Below, piece after piece: positions 8,901-17,899 of a stretch of 64,000 nucleotides of DNA (the first letter of the stretch is position 1; every line of letters begins with the position of its first letter). Made by a program: the position numbers and the translations under genes. A model generated the notes under the pieces. That model did no database searches, was not told the DNA's origin, and saw only the letters and a list, made by a program, of their open reading frames with translations. The DNA comes from Bacteroidota bacterium (GTDB lineage: Bacteria; Bacteroidota; Bacteroidia; 2-12-FULL-35-15), in NCBI GenBank assembly GCA_023251835.1, contig JAHEXZ010000015.1, positions 25,568 to 89,567 of the forward strand, in the 5' to 3' direction.

Positions 8901-9434
8901 CTTGATACAGAAGTGTATTCCAATACGGGAGGACAAAAATCAAAGTCGACACCTATTGGTGCAAGTGCAAAATTTTCAGTAAACGGAAAAGAGAATTCGA
9001 AAAAGGATTTGGCATTACAGGCCATAGCACACGGTTCGGCATACGTTGCACAGATAGCAATGGGTGCAAATGATGCACATGCAATTAAAACTATACAGGA
9101 GGCAGAAGCCTTTCCGGGAACATCTATTGTAATAGCCTACAGCCATTGTATTGCTCATGGTTATGATATGGCAAATGGTGCGAATCAGCAGGAAAATGCT
9201 GTAAAATCAGGATATTGGCCGTTGTTCCGTTACAATCCGTTAAAGCCAAAAGGCGAACGTTTCTCATTGGATAGCAAAGAGTCGGCCTTGCCATTGAAAG
9301 ATTTTCTATACAATGAAACCCGCTTCAACACTTTGGTTCGTCAAAATGCGGAACACGCAGCTGATTTACTTTCAAGAGCGGAGAGCGGAGTAATCAGCCG
9401 TTGGGAACGTTTGCTGGCATTGAAGGCATTATAG
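5907..9434 (+). CDS. nifJ: Pyruvate:ferredoxin (flavodoxin) oxidoreductase, single-polypeptide type
   Basis: 1175 aa. It has two ferredoxin motifs (CSQCGKCFLICPHAAI and CTGCNLCVEYCP) and the TPP motif GGDGWAYDIGFGGLDH. The length and domain order are typical of NifJ/PFOR. Confidence 0.93.
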   Translation: MANKVKIMDGNEAAAYIAYKTNEVCAIYPITPSSAMGEFCDEWSAAGIKNVFGQVPRVMEMQSEGGAAGAVHGALQGGTLASTFTCSQGLLLMIPNMYKIAGELTPVVFHIAARTLATHALSIFGDHSDVMSVRQTGWAMLFSRNSQEAMDMALIAQAATLKTQIPFLNIFDGFRTSHELTKVEIIPDEVILEMIDEDELLAFRKRAMSTENPSIRGTAQNPDVFFQSREAANKYYAAAPGIVSETMEKFGQLTGRNYKLYEYYGHANPDRIVIIMGSGAGAVNETANYLNEQGEAVGYLYIRLFRPVDVKELIQNIPGSVKNICVLDRCKEPGAIGDPLYMDVINSIAETWQGEKPKVIAGRYGLASKEFTPAMVKSIFDELKKGIPKNHFTIGINDDVTHTSLDYDKTFSLEKQHLFRGLFYGLGADGTVSANKNSIKIIGETTTNYVQGYFVYDSKKSGSLTVSHLRFGKNPIQSTYLINSANFIACHQFNYINKYDILKDAEKGATFLLNTPYTMEQVWNKMPQYVQEQIISKELKFYVVNASKVARETGMGSRINTILQTCFFAVSGILTREDAIQKIKDATQKTYAAKGEKVVLKNFEAIDKTIENLQQIDYSKYTVGTVKTEKLVSDNAPDFVKNVLEKILSFEGDSLPVSAFPVDGTYPVGTTQYEKRNIADKVPVWDEALCSQCGKCFLICPHAAIRCKVYNKEHLAGTPETFKHAAPVGKEFEKEKEAYTLQVSVEDCTGCNLCVEYCPMTSKTDVKHKAINMQEQLPLKKTEIKNWEFFLSIPEIDRSRVNKNTVKGTQLLQPLFEFSGACSGCGETPYVKLLSQLYGDRMVVANATGCSSIYGGNLPTTPWTVNKEGYGPAWANSLFEDNAEFGLGIKMAYDKKTEIAKAILENNKDSIGESFVNELLNADQSSEAGIRKQHMAIKELRNRITSINSFEMKQLNLVADHLLKKSHWIIGGDGWAYDIGFGGLDHVLSTGENVNIIVLDTEVYSNTGGQKSKSTPIGASAKFSVNGKENSKKDLALQAIAHGSAYVAQIAMGANDAHAIKTIQEAEAFPGTSIVIAYSHCIAHGYDMANGANQQENAVKSGYWPLFRYNPLKPKGERFSLDSKESALPLKDFLYNETRFNTLVRQNAEHAADLLSRAESGVISRWERLLALKAL

Positions 9435-10383
9435 AAGTAGCAGGGGCGTAATGTTTCCCCTGCCACCAGTTTTTCTCAATGAGTTTTTTATCAATCCTGT
9501 CTACCACTTCAAAGTTTTTTATCCCTCCCCAGTAAGGTGCTATTAGCAAGTGTTTTGGCGATTCGCTGGTAAAACGTTCAATGATAATATCGGGACGTAA
9601 GAGGGTGATAAATTCAGCAATCAAATCAACATATTGTTCTAAGGTTGATAAATTAAACATTTCAGGAGTTTCCCTATATTGATGAGCCATTACAGTATGT
9701 TTTACAATCTGTAGCTGATGAAGTTTAAGTGTGTTAATAGGTAACCTGGATAGTTCTTTTGCATGATTCAACAGTTCTTCTTTGCTTTCTCCCGGTAAAT
9801 TTAAAATCATGTGTGCTCCAAGATGCAGCCCTTTGTTGTCTGCCATTTTATAGGCGGCAATTGTTTCTTCAAAAGTATGACACCTGTTAATGAGTTTTAA
9901 GGTTCTGTTTAAGGTGCTTTCCACACCAAATTCAAGCGACACAAAATGGGTTTTGGCAATTTCTGATAGCATATCAATTATTTCCGGATTGATACAGTCC
10001 GGCCTGGTGCCAATTACAAGACCTGTTATATCCGGGTAACGGAGCGCCTCCATGTACATATTCCTTAATAGGTCTACTGAAGCATAGGTGTTGGTATATG
10101 ATTGGAAATAAGCAAAATATTTTTGTGCGGTATATTTTTTTGAAAAAAATAAAATACCCTCTTCTAATTGCTGAGAAATAGTTTTTATTGGTTTACAGTA
10201 ACCGGGGCTGAATGTATTATTGTTACAATAGGTGCATCCACCAATACCTTTTGTTCCGTCTCTGTTAGGGCAGGTAAAACCTGTATTTAAAGAAATCTTC
10301 TGCACACGCTGATTGAAAGTTTTTTTTATAAAAGAACTGTAATCATTGTAGCGTTTGTTGTTTTGAAAAAGCATTGTTTTCAT
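9394..10383 (-). CDS. Radical SAM protein, YhcC/TIGR01212-like
   Basis: Contains FTCPNRDGTKGIGGCTYCN (an atypical radical-SAM Cys cluster characteristic of the YhcC family). 329 aa. Confidence 0.75.
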   Translation of the reverse strand: MKTMLFQNNKRYNDYSSFIKKTFNQRVQKISLNTGFTCPNRDGTKGIGGCTYCNNNTFSPGYCKPIKTISQQLEEGILFFSKKYTAQKYFAYFQSYTNTYASVDLLRNMYMEALRYPDITGLVIGTRPDCINPEIIDMLSEIAKTHFVSLEFGVESTLNRTLKLINRCHTFEETIAAYKMADNKGLHLGAHMILNLPGESKEELLNHAKELSRLPINTLKLHQLQIVKHTVMAHQYRETPEMFNLSTLEQYVDLIAEFITLLRPDIIIERFTSESPKHLLIAPYWGGIKNFEVVDRIDKKLIEKNWWQGKHYAPATSIMPSMPANVPNG

Positions 10384-10526
10384 TTAGCGTAATTAGTCAT
10401 ATTATGCAAATTGATTTTGTGATTAATCTTGTTTCCTGTCTTCTTTTGGCGGAAGACTACTCTTTGGATGCTAAAGATTTATAAATGTGGATCATTGTAA
10501 TTTATGAATGTTTTGGGGGGTATTAA

Positions 10527-12203
10527 TTATTGCTCCACAATTATTTTCTGTATTTGAACGGATTGTTCTGTTTGTATTGTAACAAAATATATCCCCGAAG
10601 GTAAATTGTGCACATCTATTTTTATTTGTTCTCCTTTTTTAAAAATACCTGATGCGATAGTTTCTCCAAAAATATTTATTACAGAAAATCTTGCTGTTTT
10701 ATTTTGAACATCAGTTGCAAGAAAAATAAAATCAGTGGCTGGGTTGGGATAAATCTGCACGTTTGATTCTAAGTCCGTGTTATTGACCGAGTTGGTGTTG
10801 TATTCTATTTCCAAAAATTTAGGCGAATGCTTTGCTTGCAGCGGAATGATCTGGCTTGGAGTTAAATTAGTTACATTTTCGTTGATGTCCGTTAGTGTAA
10901 CGGATATTGGCATAGTGCTTAACGTGATCGTATAATTTAATGTCTGTGCGTCAAAGATGGAGGGTGTTAAGGGTTCGCTTAATGGGTTGAAAAAAATGTA
11001 CAATTCTTTATTATTGCTGCCCGAAATGAATTTTTCAACCCAGATAGTATTAAAAGAATTAAGTGTACCGCTTACGTGTGATGAGTAATTGTACATGTTT
11101 AATTTTGAGAGAAGCAAAGCAGTTGCTTTCATCGATCTGCTTGCCGAACCGTCCGGTTTTAAAGAACCCCATTCCCTTTCTCCTACGGGGCCTCTGGGAA
11201 TAACTTTCAACGGTGAAATACCTGATAGAACAGGAGTCCCATTATATGTCAATGTTTTTTTTATTGTTAATTCCTGAATCATATAAGCAGCGTCTATTTT
11301 ATCAATGGTATCAGAAATTGCTGGCAGGTTATTGCTCGGGGGAGTATGTTCCGTATCAAACATTGGTTTTGACTGCCAGCCAACAGAATCAAGTTTCTGA
11401 CGTATTGATAAAATACCCGGAATGCCAGCATATCTATTGAATATGGGTGCTGTTATCGGGGAATAGCGTGTACTATATTCGTGAAATGCCCAGTAATCAA
11501 ACTTGGCGTGATTGGTTGTGTCTAAAAAATATTCCACCATCTGCATCATCACTTGCATTTGTGGATATCCTTGGCTATTTGGTGGCACATCAAAAAAATA
11601 TTCAAAACCGTGAGTGCCAACCATAATATCAGGATATTTAATTTTTACACTGTCGTAAATATTATTTTGGGTTGTAAGCAACTGGCTTAATGTCAAAGTG
11701 CCAAGAAGCAACTCTGTGGATGGCTCGTTGAACAATTCTATGTATTTTATATTGGCAGCAATTTTATAACGATCTAGAAACCAACCAACAAAACTCACAA
11801 AATCAGTAATATCCTGATTGGTATAAGTATTATTTGCCCCTGTGGGTATTGCCGAAAACATTGGTCTCATGCTCCATCCATTCAGAGTAAATTTATTGAC
11901 AAATGTATCCAAATCATAACTGTCAGAGTTAAGGAAAACGGTAGAGGAAAAATTTCCATTTATGTCTTTATTAGTTCTTATCCGGAATTTTACATTTTTT
12001 TCAAGTTTTAAAGTATCATTAATAGCAGATATTTGTTTTGACCCATCCGTATCAAGAATAGTCATGTATGCTTCTGTACCCCATCGGATGCTGTCGGCAT
12101 CAAAAGAATAGCTAGTTGATTGGGCGAAGCAACCAGCTATGCTCGGAAAGAAATAGGTCCCGATAAAAATCGAGATGAGCAAAAGTTTGTCGTTGCGGTT
12201 CAT
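10527..12203 (-). CDS. Secreted clan GH-A-like glycoside hydrolase with T9SS C-terminal sorting domain
   Basis: Has a signal peptide, an IELFNEPS acid/base-like motif and a DTEH nucleophile-like motif. The C-terminus reads YPNPATDFIFL...GIYFVTIQ...IIVEQ, a T9SS CTD pattern. Confidence 0.55.
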   Translation of the reverse strand: MNRNDKLLLISIFIGTYFFPSIAGCFAQSTSYSFDADSIRWGTEAYMTILDTDGSKQISAINDTLKLEKNVKFRIRTNKDINGNFSSTVFLNSDSYDLDTFVNKFTLNGWSMRPMFSAIPTGANNTYTNQDITDFVSFVGWFLDRYKIAANIKYIELFNEPSTELLLGTLTLSQLLTTQNNIYDSVKIKYPDIMVGTHGFEYFFDVPPNSQGYPQMQVMMQMVEYFLDTTNHAKFDYWAFHEYSTRYSPITAPIFNRYAGIPGILSIRQKLDSVGWQSKPMFDTEHTPPSNNLPAISDTIDKIDAAYMIQELTIKKTLTYNGTPVLSGISPLKVIPRGPVGEREWGSLKPDGSASRSMKATALLLSKLNMYNYSSHVSGTLNSFNTIWVEKFISGSNNKELYIFFNPLSEPLTPSIFDAQTLNYTITLSTMPISVTLTDINENVTNLTPSQIIPLQAKHSPKFLEIEYNTNSVNNTDLESNVQIYPNPATDFIFLATDVQNKTARFSVINIFGETIASGIFKKGEQIKIDVHNLPSGIYFVTIQTEQSVQIQKIIVEQ

Positions 12204-12449
12204 CGATTCTGTTTTACGGTAAAAAACTCACTCGCAAATGTAAATAAAAATCGGTTACTGGATTACAAAACACCAGCTTCACAATACAGGCTTGCCGCTT
12301 GAGTTATGAATATATTAACATATTTCAACAAAAAGAAAAAAAGAAGCAAAAAAAGAAAAATGTACAACAACAAAAACAAACTTAACTTTAACTCTTTTCT
12401 GTCCTAAGGATTGGGTACATTATAGTCTAAAAAATTGATATTTCTCTAT

Positions 12450-14861
12450 TTAGTTACACTTTGTTTTGTTATACTCTTCCTTAACAAAAGGGTTATCAAA
12501 TACCTGGAAGGTTAAATAAGGTGAACCAAATAATTTACAATACCTTTCATGGTTTAATTTTTCTGCTTTTTGCAACGCTGTTACAAAGGTACGTGATTTG
12601 TAAAGTTCAGGCAGTTGGGCACAGTAGGATATATAGGCAAACAAGAGTTGCTCATTTGCTTCGTCTTTTCTGACAAAATCGTTTAACAGGCTGGCTGCAA
12701 ATTTATAATCTTTGAATCGTGCGAATACATAAGATAATTTGAGGTTATTCTGCCAGCTTGATTCTTTTAAATTGTAGAATGATTTCACCCTTTCAGTACA
12801 AGCCTGTATAATTGGTTCTGTACCTTCTTCTGTATTTTTTTCATCAATAACCTTAAACTGCCATTCAATATTTAAAGCATCTACCAGCTTTTTGGGGATA
12901 TCGCTTTTATAAAGTGCATCAATATGACTTTGCATTGCCGATATATCCTTAGAATCGCCAACGCTGGTATCTAATTTTACAGCACAATAAATGGTGTTAT
13001 AGGATGCATAACTATTTGCAGGATCAAGGGTAACAAGCTTTTTTAGCTGTTCGTAATCATTTTCATTGACAGTATTGTTTTTAGCCATAGACTTTAATAC
13101 TATCTGGTTATTCAGTAAACCTGAATATTTAGCTTCGCTTGGAATTTCAAGTTTGTCAAATGCTTCGGGAGTATATTTCTTTTCGCGTACCTGTTTGCCT
13201 ATATAATACTGTATTTTATAGGCCAGTTTAATATCTTTCTTTTTGGCAGCCTGGTTGAATTTACTTACAGAAAATTTTTCCTCTTTTGGTCCGCTGATGT
13301 CGTAAACAACATCCATAACAATTTCACCAAAACGTTGTTTGGATAAAAATGGCTCAAGCTCTTCAGAAAGCCCCGGTTTGGTATTTATTTCATGAATAGC
13401 CTGCTCCTTGCTCATTTTGGTTAGTGTATCATACTGAGTGCCTTCCATGGTCATTTTAAAAAGTTCCCACGAATCATTAGTTTTGATGGTTGTAACAACA
13501 TCCTGCTTTTGCAGCTTTCCGAGAGCCTTAATAATACTTTCTGAGCGTTTTTTTTGAAGTTTTACATTGGATTCAGCGTCACCTTCAATAGAAGAATATG
13601 CGGTGATGTATAATCCATTAATAATAAAATCAGGCTCCTGCAAAGCATTTAAAAAAGGCTCAATATCGGTTTCTTTGTAGTCATATTTGTTTTTTTCAAA
13701 CGGAAGGGTAAAATTCAATAAAGCATCCTCAGCTTTAGGTGAAAATAATGGTTTAAGATAGGCATTCGTATCCGGCATCAACAGCATTTTAAGTGTTGTA
13801 GTGGCATCCTGGTCGCCCTGCTCAATGTATGATTTTACAAGTGTTTTGCATAATTTGCCATTTTGTATAACAAGCAAATTCATTTCGTAAGTTGTATCTG
13901 TTTTAAGTCCTTTGGGGACAATTCCCAGCTGTATATCCAATTTATCAATTTTTGCTTTTTTGTCTGTCTTCTCCGGTTTAACACGATTTTTACTTAACAA
14001 CTTATCTTTTTTAACCGTTTTTGATAATACCCCTTTACTTAATAAGTTGTTGTCCATAATATTATAGTCAGGCTTTTCATATTGGGCACGCTGAATAATA
14101 TCTACAGCAAGGCCATCTGTTGGCTTTGCAATTAGTTTCATGAGTGTTTTCAGATTATCATACTTCAGGAATATTTTTCCATCTTCTACATATAATCCTC
14201 TTACAAGTCCATCGTAATCTTTGAATTTTTCACAATTTTTACAGGCTTTGTCGTCCGGAGCCTTTATCTTTTTGTTTTTCTTGGTATAGCGTACTTTCAG
14301 CTCTTTTCTCTTTTTCACTCCCGGGTTGAATGTATTGAAACTGCCGAACACCACAGAAATAAATGCTTTTTTGCCTGTTTCATCTAATTTTACACTTGGA
14401 CTTGCATATACATAGTTTCCATTTTTTATAATGTTTGGTTCTTTTTTACCCGTTTGCCATTTTGCAACAGCAGTAGCTGCAACTTCCTGGGGAGTCATAT
14501 TCTTTTTATCTTTAGTAATTGGCACAGTTAATACTATTTCTTCGGCATTTCTGGTTCCTCCAATAGAAATTACACGCTTTGCAGTAGTTTTGTATTTGCC
14601 TTTGCTGTTTTCTAAATTAGCTTTTCCCTGTTTTGCAATATATTCAGCCTGAATGGTACTTGCTTTTGCCAGCATGTCATTATATGCAAGTGAATCAATA
14701 CCATTTTCGATACGTACTCTGTTTAATTCATCCAATACAAGTTTGGCTGTGGTTTCAATGTCAAAATCGTTTTTTACTTCTTTATCTAAAGGAGAATTTT
14801 GTGCAGTAACATGAACAGCTATGAGGGTAATAAACAGAATAGAAATGATTCTTTTATACAT
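12450..14861 (-). CDS. Secreted 803-aa protein of unknown function, N-terminal CAP/SCP-like segment
   Basis: Signal peptide MYKRIISILFITLIAVHVTAQ. It is a long uninterrupted ORF. No catalytic motif was recognised. Confidence 0.7.
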   Translation of the reverse strand: MYKRIISILFITLIAVHVTAQNSPLDKEVKNDFDIETTAKLVLDELNRVRIENGIDSLAYNDMLAKASTIQAEYIAKQGKANLENSKGKYKTTAKRVISIGGTRNAEEIVLTVPITKDKKNMTPQEVAATAVAKWQTGKKEPNIIKNGNYVYASPSVKLDETGKKAFISVVFGSFNTFNPGVKKRKELKVRYTKKNKKIKAPDDKACKNCEKFKDYDGLVRGLYVEDGKIFLKYDNLKTLMKLIAKPTDGLAVDIIQRAQYEKPDYNIMDNNLLSKGVLSKTVKKDKLLSKNRVKPEKTDKKAKIDKLDIQLGIVPKGLKTDTTYEMNLLVIQNGKLCKTLVKSYIEQGDQDATTTLKMLLMPDTNAYLKPLFSPKAEDALLNFTLPFEKNKYDYKETDIEPFLNALQEPDFIINGLYITAYSSIEGDAESNVKLQKKRSESIIKALGKLQKQDVVTTIKTNDSWELFKMTMEGTQYDTLTKMSKEQAIHEINTKPGLSEELEPFLSKQRFGEIVMDVVYDISGPKEEKFSVSKFNQAAKKKDIKLAYKIQYYIGKQVREKKYTPEAFDKLEIPSEAKYSGLLNNQIVLKSMAKNNTVNENDYEQLKKLVTLDPANSYASYNTIYCAVKLDTSVGDSKDISAMQSHIDALYKSDIPKKLVDALNIEWQFKVIDEKNTEEGTEPIIQACTERVKSFYNLKESSWQNNLKLSYVFARFKDYKFAASLLNDFVRKDEANEQLLFAYISYCAQLPELYKSRTFVTALQKAEKLNHERYCKLFGSPYLTFQVFDNPFVKEEYNKTKCN

Positions 14862-15069
14862 TGTGTATTTTTGCTATGTAAGTGTGTATGGCAGCAAAAA
14901 TATTTTTTAGGTTCCAAACAGGAAAATATATTGTTAATCTTTTATGAACAAAAAGAATTTTTATTCACGAAATTTATATTGCTTGGGTGTAAGTTTTTGA
15001 AAATCAAGTAATTGATTTTTTTTGTTTTTCGAAAAAAACAATTGCTGCAGGAGGGATTTTTTAATTATT
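14837..15069. repeat. Direct repeat copy A (233 bp)
   Basis: 226/233 identical to 24131-24363 with no gaps by manual alignment. It covers the first 8 codons and the upstream region of the 803-aa gene. Confidence 0.9.
14895..14902 (-). promoter_or_regulatory. Bacteroidota-type -7 box TATTTTTG (TAnnTTTG) upstream of the 803-aa gene
   Basis: The minus strand reads TATTTTTG and ends 33 nt before the ATG at 14861. The upstream TTTG is closer than the usual spacing. Confidence 0.4.
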
Positions 15070-15286
15070 CCCCAAAACTCGCAAACCTTATCAGGGGATT
15101 ATTACCGGCAATGAGGATATGAACGAAAAAGAAGCGATTGAATTTTACAATCAGCGGGGAGATGCGGAGAACTCCAATCGTTATATGCTCAACGATTTTA
15201 ACTTACATCATCTGCCTTTTATGGATATGGATACCAATACCGTTTATATGTACTTTACGGCCATGTGCGCAACTTTGTTTGAGTAG
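15065..15286 (+). pseudogene. 3' fragment of a DDE transposase gene (IS1380/IS4-like C-terminus)
   Basis: Translates to ...GIITGNEDMNEKEAIEFYNQRGDAENSNRYMLNDFNLHHLPFMDMDTNTVYMYFTAMCATLFE*. This fits the YNQRG..E..f..lKndF....LPf......NtV pattern of transposase C-termini, recalled from memory. There is no N-terminal part, and it abuts repeat A. Confidence 0.55.
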
Positions 15287-15309
15287 ATGAAAAAGGTGTT
15301 GGTAAAATT

Positions 15310-16008
15310 TTATCTTGCATCAGCATACCATTTTGCCAACAAGTGAGGCGAAACACCTGTCAGGTATAATTTTTTTATCAGAATCCATTGCATCCTCGTT
15401 TTGAAGAATCCTGTCTCGATGTGCCTTCGAGCTGAAACAATTAGTTTTGGAAATTTTATCTGCTTTACTTTGAACTGTTTTTTCATTCTGATAGAAAAAT
15501 CATAATCCTCCATGATTGGAATTTCTTTGAAGCCGTCTAATATTTCAAAAACATCTTTCTTTACAAATATTCCATTGTCGCCATAAAAAATACATCTGTC
15601 GGATTGTTCACGATTCCTGAAAAACCTAAAATTCAAAATTATTCCAAGCTGTTTTATTTTTTTGTTGTGCGAGTCAAACTCATTGGCGAACCCGCCACCG
15701 TCAAACCCATCTTTCAATTGATTGCATATAGCGGTAAGCGCTCCATCGGGTACAAACATATCTGCATGAACAAAAAAAAGAATGCTGCCTTTTGCGTGCT
15801 TGGCTCCCTCGTTCAACTGTTTCGCTTTTCCTTTTTCGCAATGAATCACTTTAGCGTATTTGCCTGCTATTTCAATTGTGGTATCTGTACTTCCCCCGTC
15901 AGCAACAATGATTTCTTTTTGTGATTTACAGGAAAGTTTATTCAGTTGAAGAAGTGTATTCTCAATAGAAGACGATTCATTGTATGTGGGGATGATTATG
16001 GAAATCAT
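15310..16008 (-). CDS. Family 2 glycosyltransferase, paralogue of the rSAM/selenodomain-associated transferase 2
   Basis: Contains ISIIIPTYNE, VADGGSTDTT, FVHADM, YGDNGIFV, IMEDYDF and SARR. The motif order matches ORF 21686..22375. Confidence 0.75.
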   Translation of the reverse strand: MISIIIPTYNESSSIENTLLQLNKLSCKSQKEIIVADGGSTDTTIEIAGKYAKVIHCEKGKAKQLNEGAKHAKGSILFFVHADMFVPDGALTAICNQLKDGFDGGGFANEFDSHNKKIKQLGIILNFRFFRNREQSDRCIFYGDNGIFVKKDVFEILDGFKEIPIMEDYDFSIRMKKQFKVKQIKFPKLIVSARRHIETGFFKTRMQWILIKKLYLTGVSPHLLAKWYADAR

Positions 16009-17390
16009 TCTTTAGTGCGTAAAAATCGTGTGAATGCCTTTTTTACAATTTCGGAATAAGTGGGGTAAGCAAAAATTGTATCGGCAAAATTTTCAGCGGG
16101 AATTTTATTGTTAATCGCTACAGTTAAGATTTGTATCCATTCTCCCGCATGCGCTCCAATTGCATCAGCGCCAATGACAAGATTTTTAGAATTAAAAATT
16201 ACTTTTAAAAACCCGATTGTATTTCTATCGGTAATAAAACGATCAATGTTTGCGTCCACTTTGAAAACTGAAATTTCATTTCCAAATTTTTCTCGCGCTT
16301 CTTTTTCGGATAAACCTACATGTGCTATTTCAGGTTCAGTAAAAATTGCCCAAGGCAGTGCGCTTAAATCATTTTCTTTTTTATTCCCATTCAGGATATT
16401 TTCAATTACACTATTTGCCTGATAGGACGCGGTGTGAGTGAATTTAGGATAAGTTGCAACATCTCCACAGGCATAAATATGGGGAGTGGATGTCTGCAAA
16501 TAGGAATTTGTTTTGATTCCATTTTCTGAAAATTCCACACCCGATTTTTCCAAATCAAGATCGAAAACATTTGGATGCCTACCAGCAGCAAGAAAAATAC
16601 TTTTGGCAGAAATTTCTTTTTCTTTTCCGTCTTGAAAATATGAAACAAAAGTTGTTGCTATTTCTTTTCTAACACCTTTCAACTCGGCTGAACAAATAAT
16701 TTTAATTTCTTCTTTTTTAAAAATGTCAATGATGATTTTGGCTGCATCATCGTCAACTGGTTTTAAAATTCTCGGATTACGGTCAAGGATGGTAACCTTG
16801 CTTCCGAAACGAGCAAGCGCCTGTCCGAGTTCAGCAGAGATTACTCCCCCGCCAATGAAAATAATTGATTCAGGAAGTTCTCGTATTGACCAGAAATTTT
16901 CATTGTGAAGAAACTCAACTTCTTTTCCCACCGAGACATTTACTTTTTGCGGTGATGAACCAGTGCAAATTACAGCGTATTTAAAATTCAAAACTTCATC
17001 ACCGATGGCAATATTATTTTTATCTAAAAATTTTGCTCCGCTGCTGTTCACATACACATCTATTCCCTGTTTCTCAAAAATGATAGGCGTTTCGTGTTTG
17101 TAAACTTCCTGAACAATGCTGTCAACCTGCTCCATAACAGTTGCAAAATTCAGTTTGCCAGAAACCTGTATTCCACCTAATCCGTAATTTTCTTTCAGAT
17201 GTTTTGTCACCTTATATATTTTTGCACTATGCAGAAACGCTTTGCTCGGAATACAACCGTAATGTGTACACTCTCCGCCAATTTTATTTTTTTCAAGCAA
17301 GGCAACTTTCAATCCTTTTCGGTTGGCAGTAGTAGCCGCAACCAATCCACCCGAACCTGCGCCAATCACAACTAAATCATACTTTTTCAT
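16005..17390 (-). CDS. Class I pyridine nucleotide-disulfide oxidoreductase (MerA/Lpd family) with Tyr replacing the dyad His
   Basis: Contains VVIGAGSGG and the redox-active GGECTHYGCIPSK. A second Rossmann motif is IFIGGGVISAE. The C-terminus reads FAYPTYSE where Lpd/GR have HPTxSE. Confidence 0.8.
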   Translation of the reverse strand: MKKYDLVVIGAGSGGLVAATTANRKGLKVALLEKNKIGGECTHYGCIPSKAFLHSAKIYKVTKHLKENYGLGGIQVSGKLNFATVMEQVDSIVQEVYKHETPIIFEKQGIDVYVNSSGAKFLDKNNIAIGDEVLNFKYAVICTGSSPQKVNVSVGKEVEFLHNENFWSIRELPESIIFIGGGVISAELGQALARFGSKVTILDRNPRILKPVDDDAAKIIIDIFKKEEIKIICSAELKGVRKEIATTFVSYFQDGKEKEISAKSIFLAAGRHPNVFDLDLEKSGVEFSENGIKTNSYLQTSTPHIYACGDVATYPKFTHTASYQANSVIENILNGNKKENDLSALPWAIFTEPEIAHVGLSEKEAREKFGNEISVFKVDANIDRFITDRNTIGFLKVIFNSKNLVIGADAIGAHAGEWIQILTVAINNKIPAENFADTIFAYPTYSEIVKKAFTRFLRTKE

Positions 17391-17473
17391 TTTGGGAATA
17401 ATTAAATATTTTCAGCAGAATTGCTTAAACCATTACAGCGCTTCTTTTTCATTCTTATATCAAAATAACTATG

Positions 17474-17495
17474 TTTTTGTGGAATTAGCAAAAAT
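17474..17495. promoter_or_regulatory. Palindromic motif TTTTTGTGGAATTAGCAAAAAT, copy 1
   Basis: Lies 84-105 nt upstream of the reductase start at 17390. It matches 20500-20521 at 21 of 22 positions. Confidence 0.45.
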
Positions 17496-17515
17496 TTAGT
17501 TGCTTTGGCATACCA

Positions 17516-17899
17516 TCAATGTATGCCATATAATAAAAGTTTTTGTTTTACAAGATTTATGAGCTCAGTAGTGGAAGAACTGTAATTGATTTCATCTGCT
17601 GTAATGATTTGCAAAGTTTTTAAACCATTTTTCCAAAACACCGCAGGAAATTTTTTCCTCTTGATGTTATAAGCATTTTCAAATTCATCTCTGTGAAAGA
17701 ACAGCGATTGTATTTTGAATGAAGAAATGAACTCTTTCCATTCTTTCTTCTCAGTAAAATTTCCGTATGACAGTTTGCATAAATTACAGTCATAAGTTTT
17801 CGGAGAAAGTATTTTGTGGGTGAAGTCAACGAGCGAATTATAGAATCCTTCATCAGCATTATAGACGAATATTAAAGCGTGTTCGGTATCATTTTTCAT
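17516..17899 (-). CDS. Small CxxC protein, possible thioredoxin/glutaredoxin-like fold
   Basis: 127 aa with a CNLC motif and FPAVFW (a cis-Pro-like element). Its start overlaps the stop of the upstream small ORF by 4 nt. Confidence 0.45.
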   Translation of the reverse strand: MKNDTEHALIFVYNADEGFYNSLVDFTHKILSPKTYDCNLCKLSYGNFTEKKEWKEFISSFKIQSLFFHRDEFENAYNIKRKKFPAVFWKNGLKTLQIITADEINYSSSTTELINLVKQKLLLYGIH

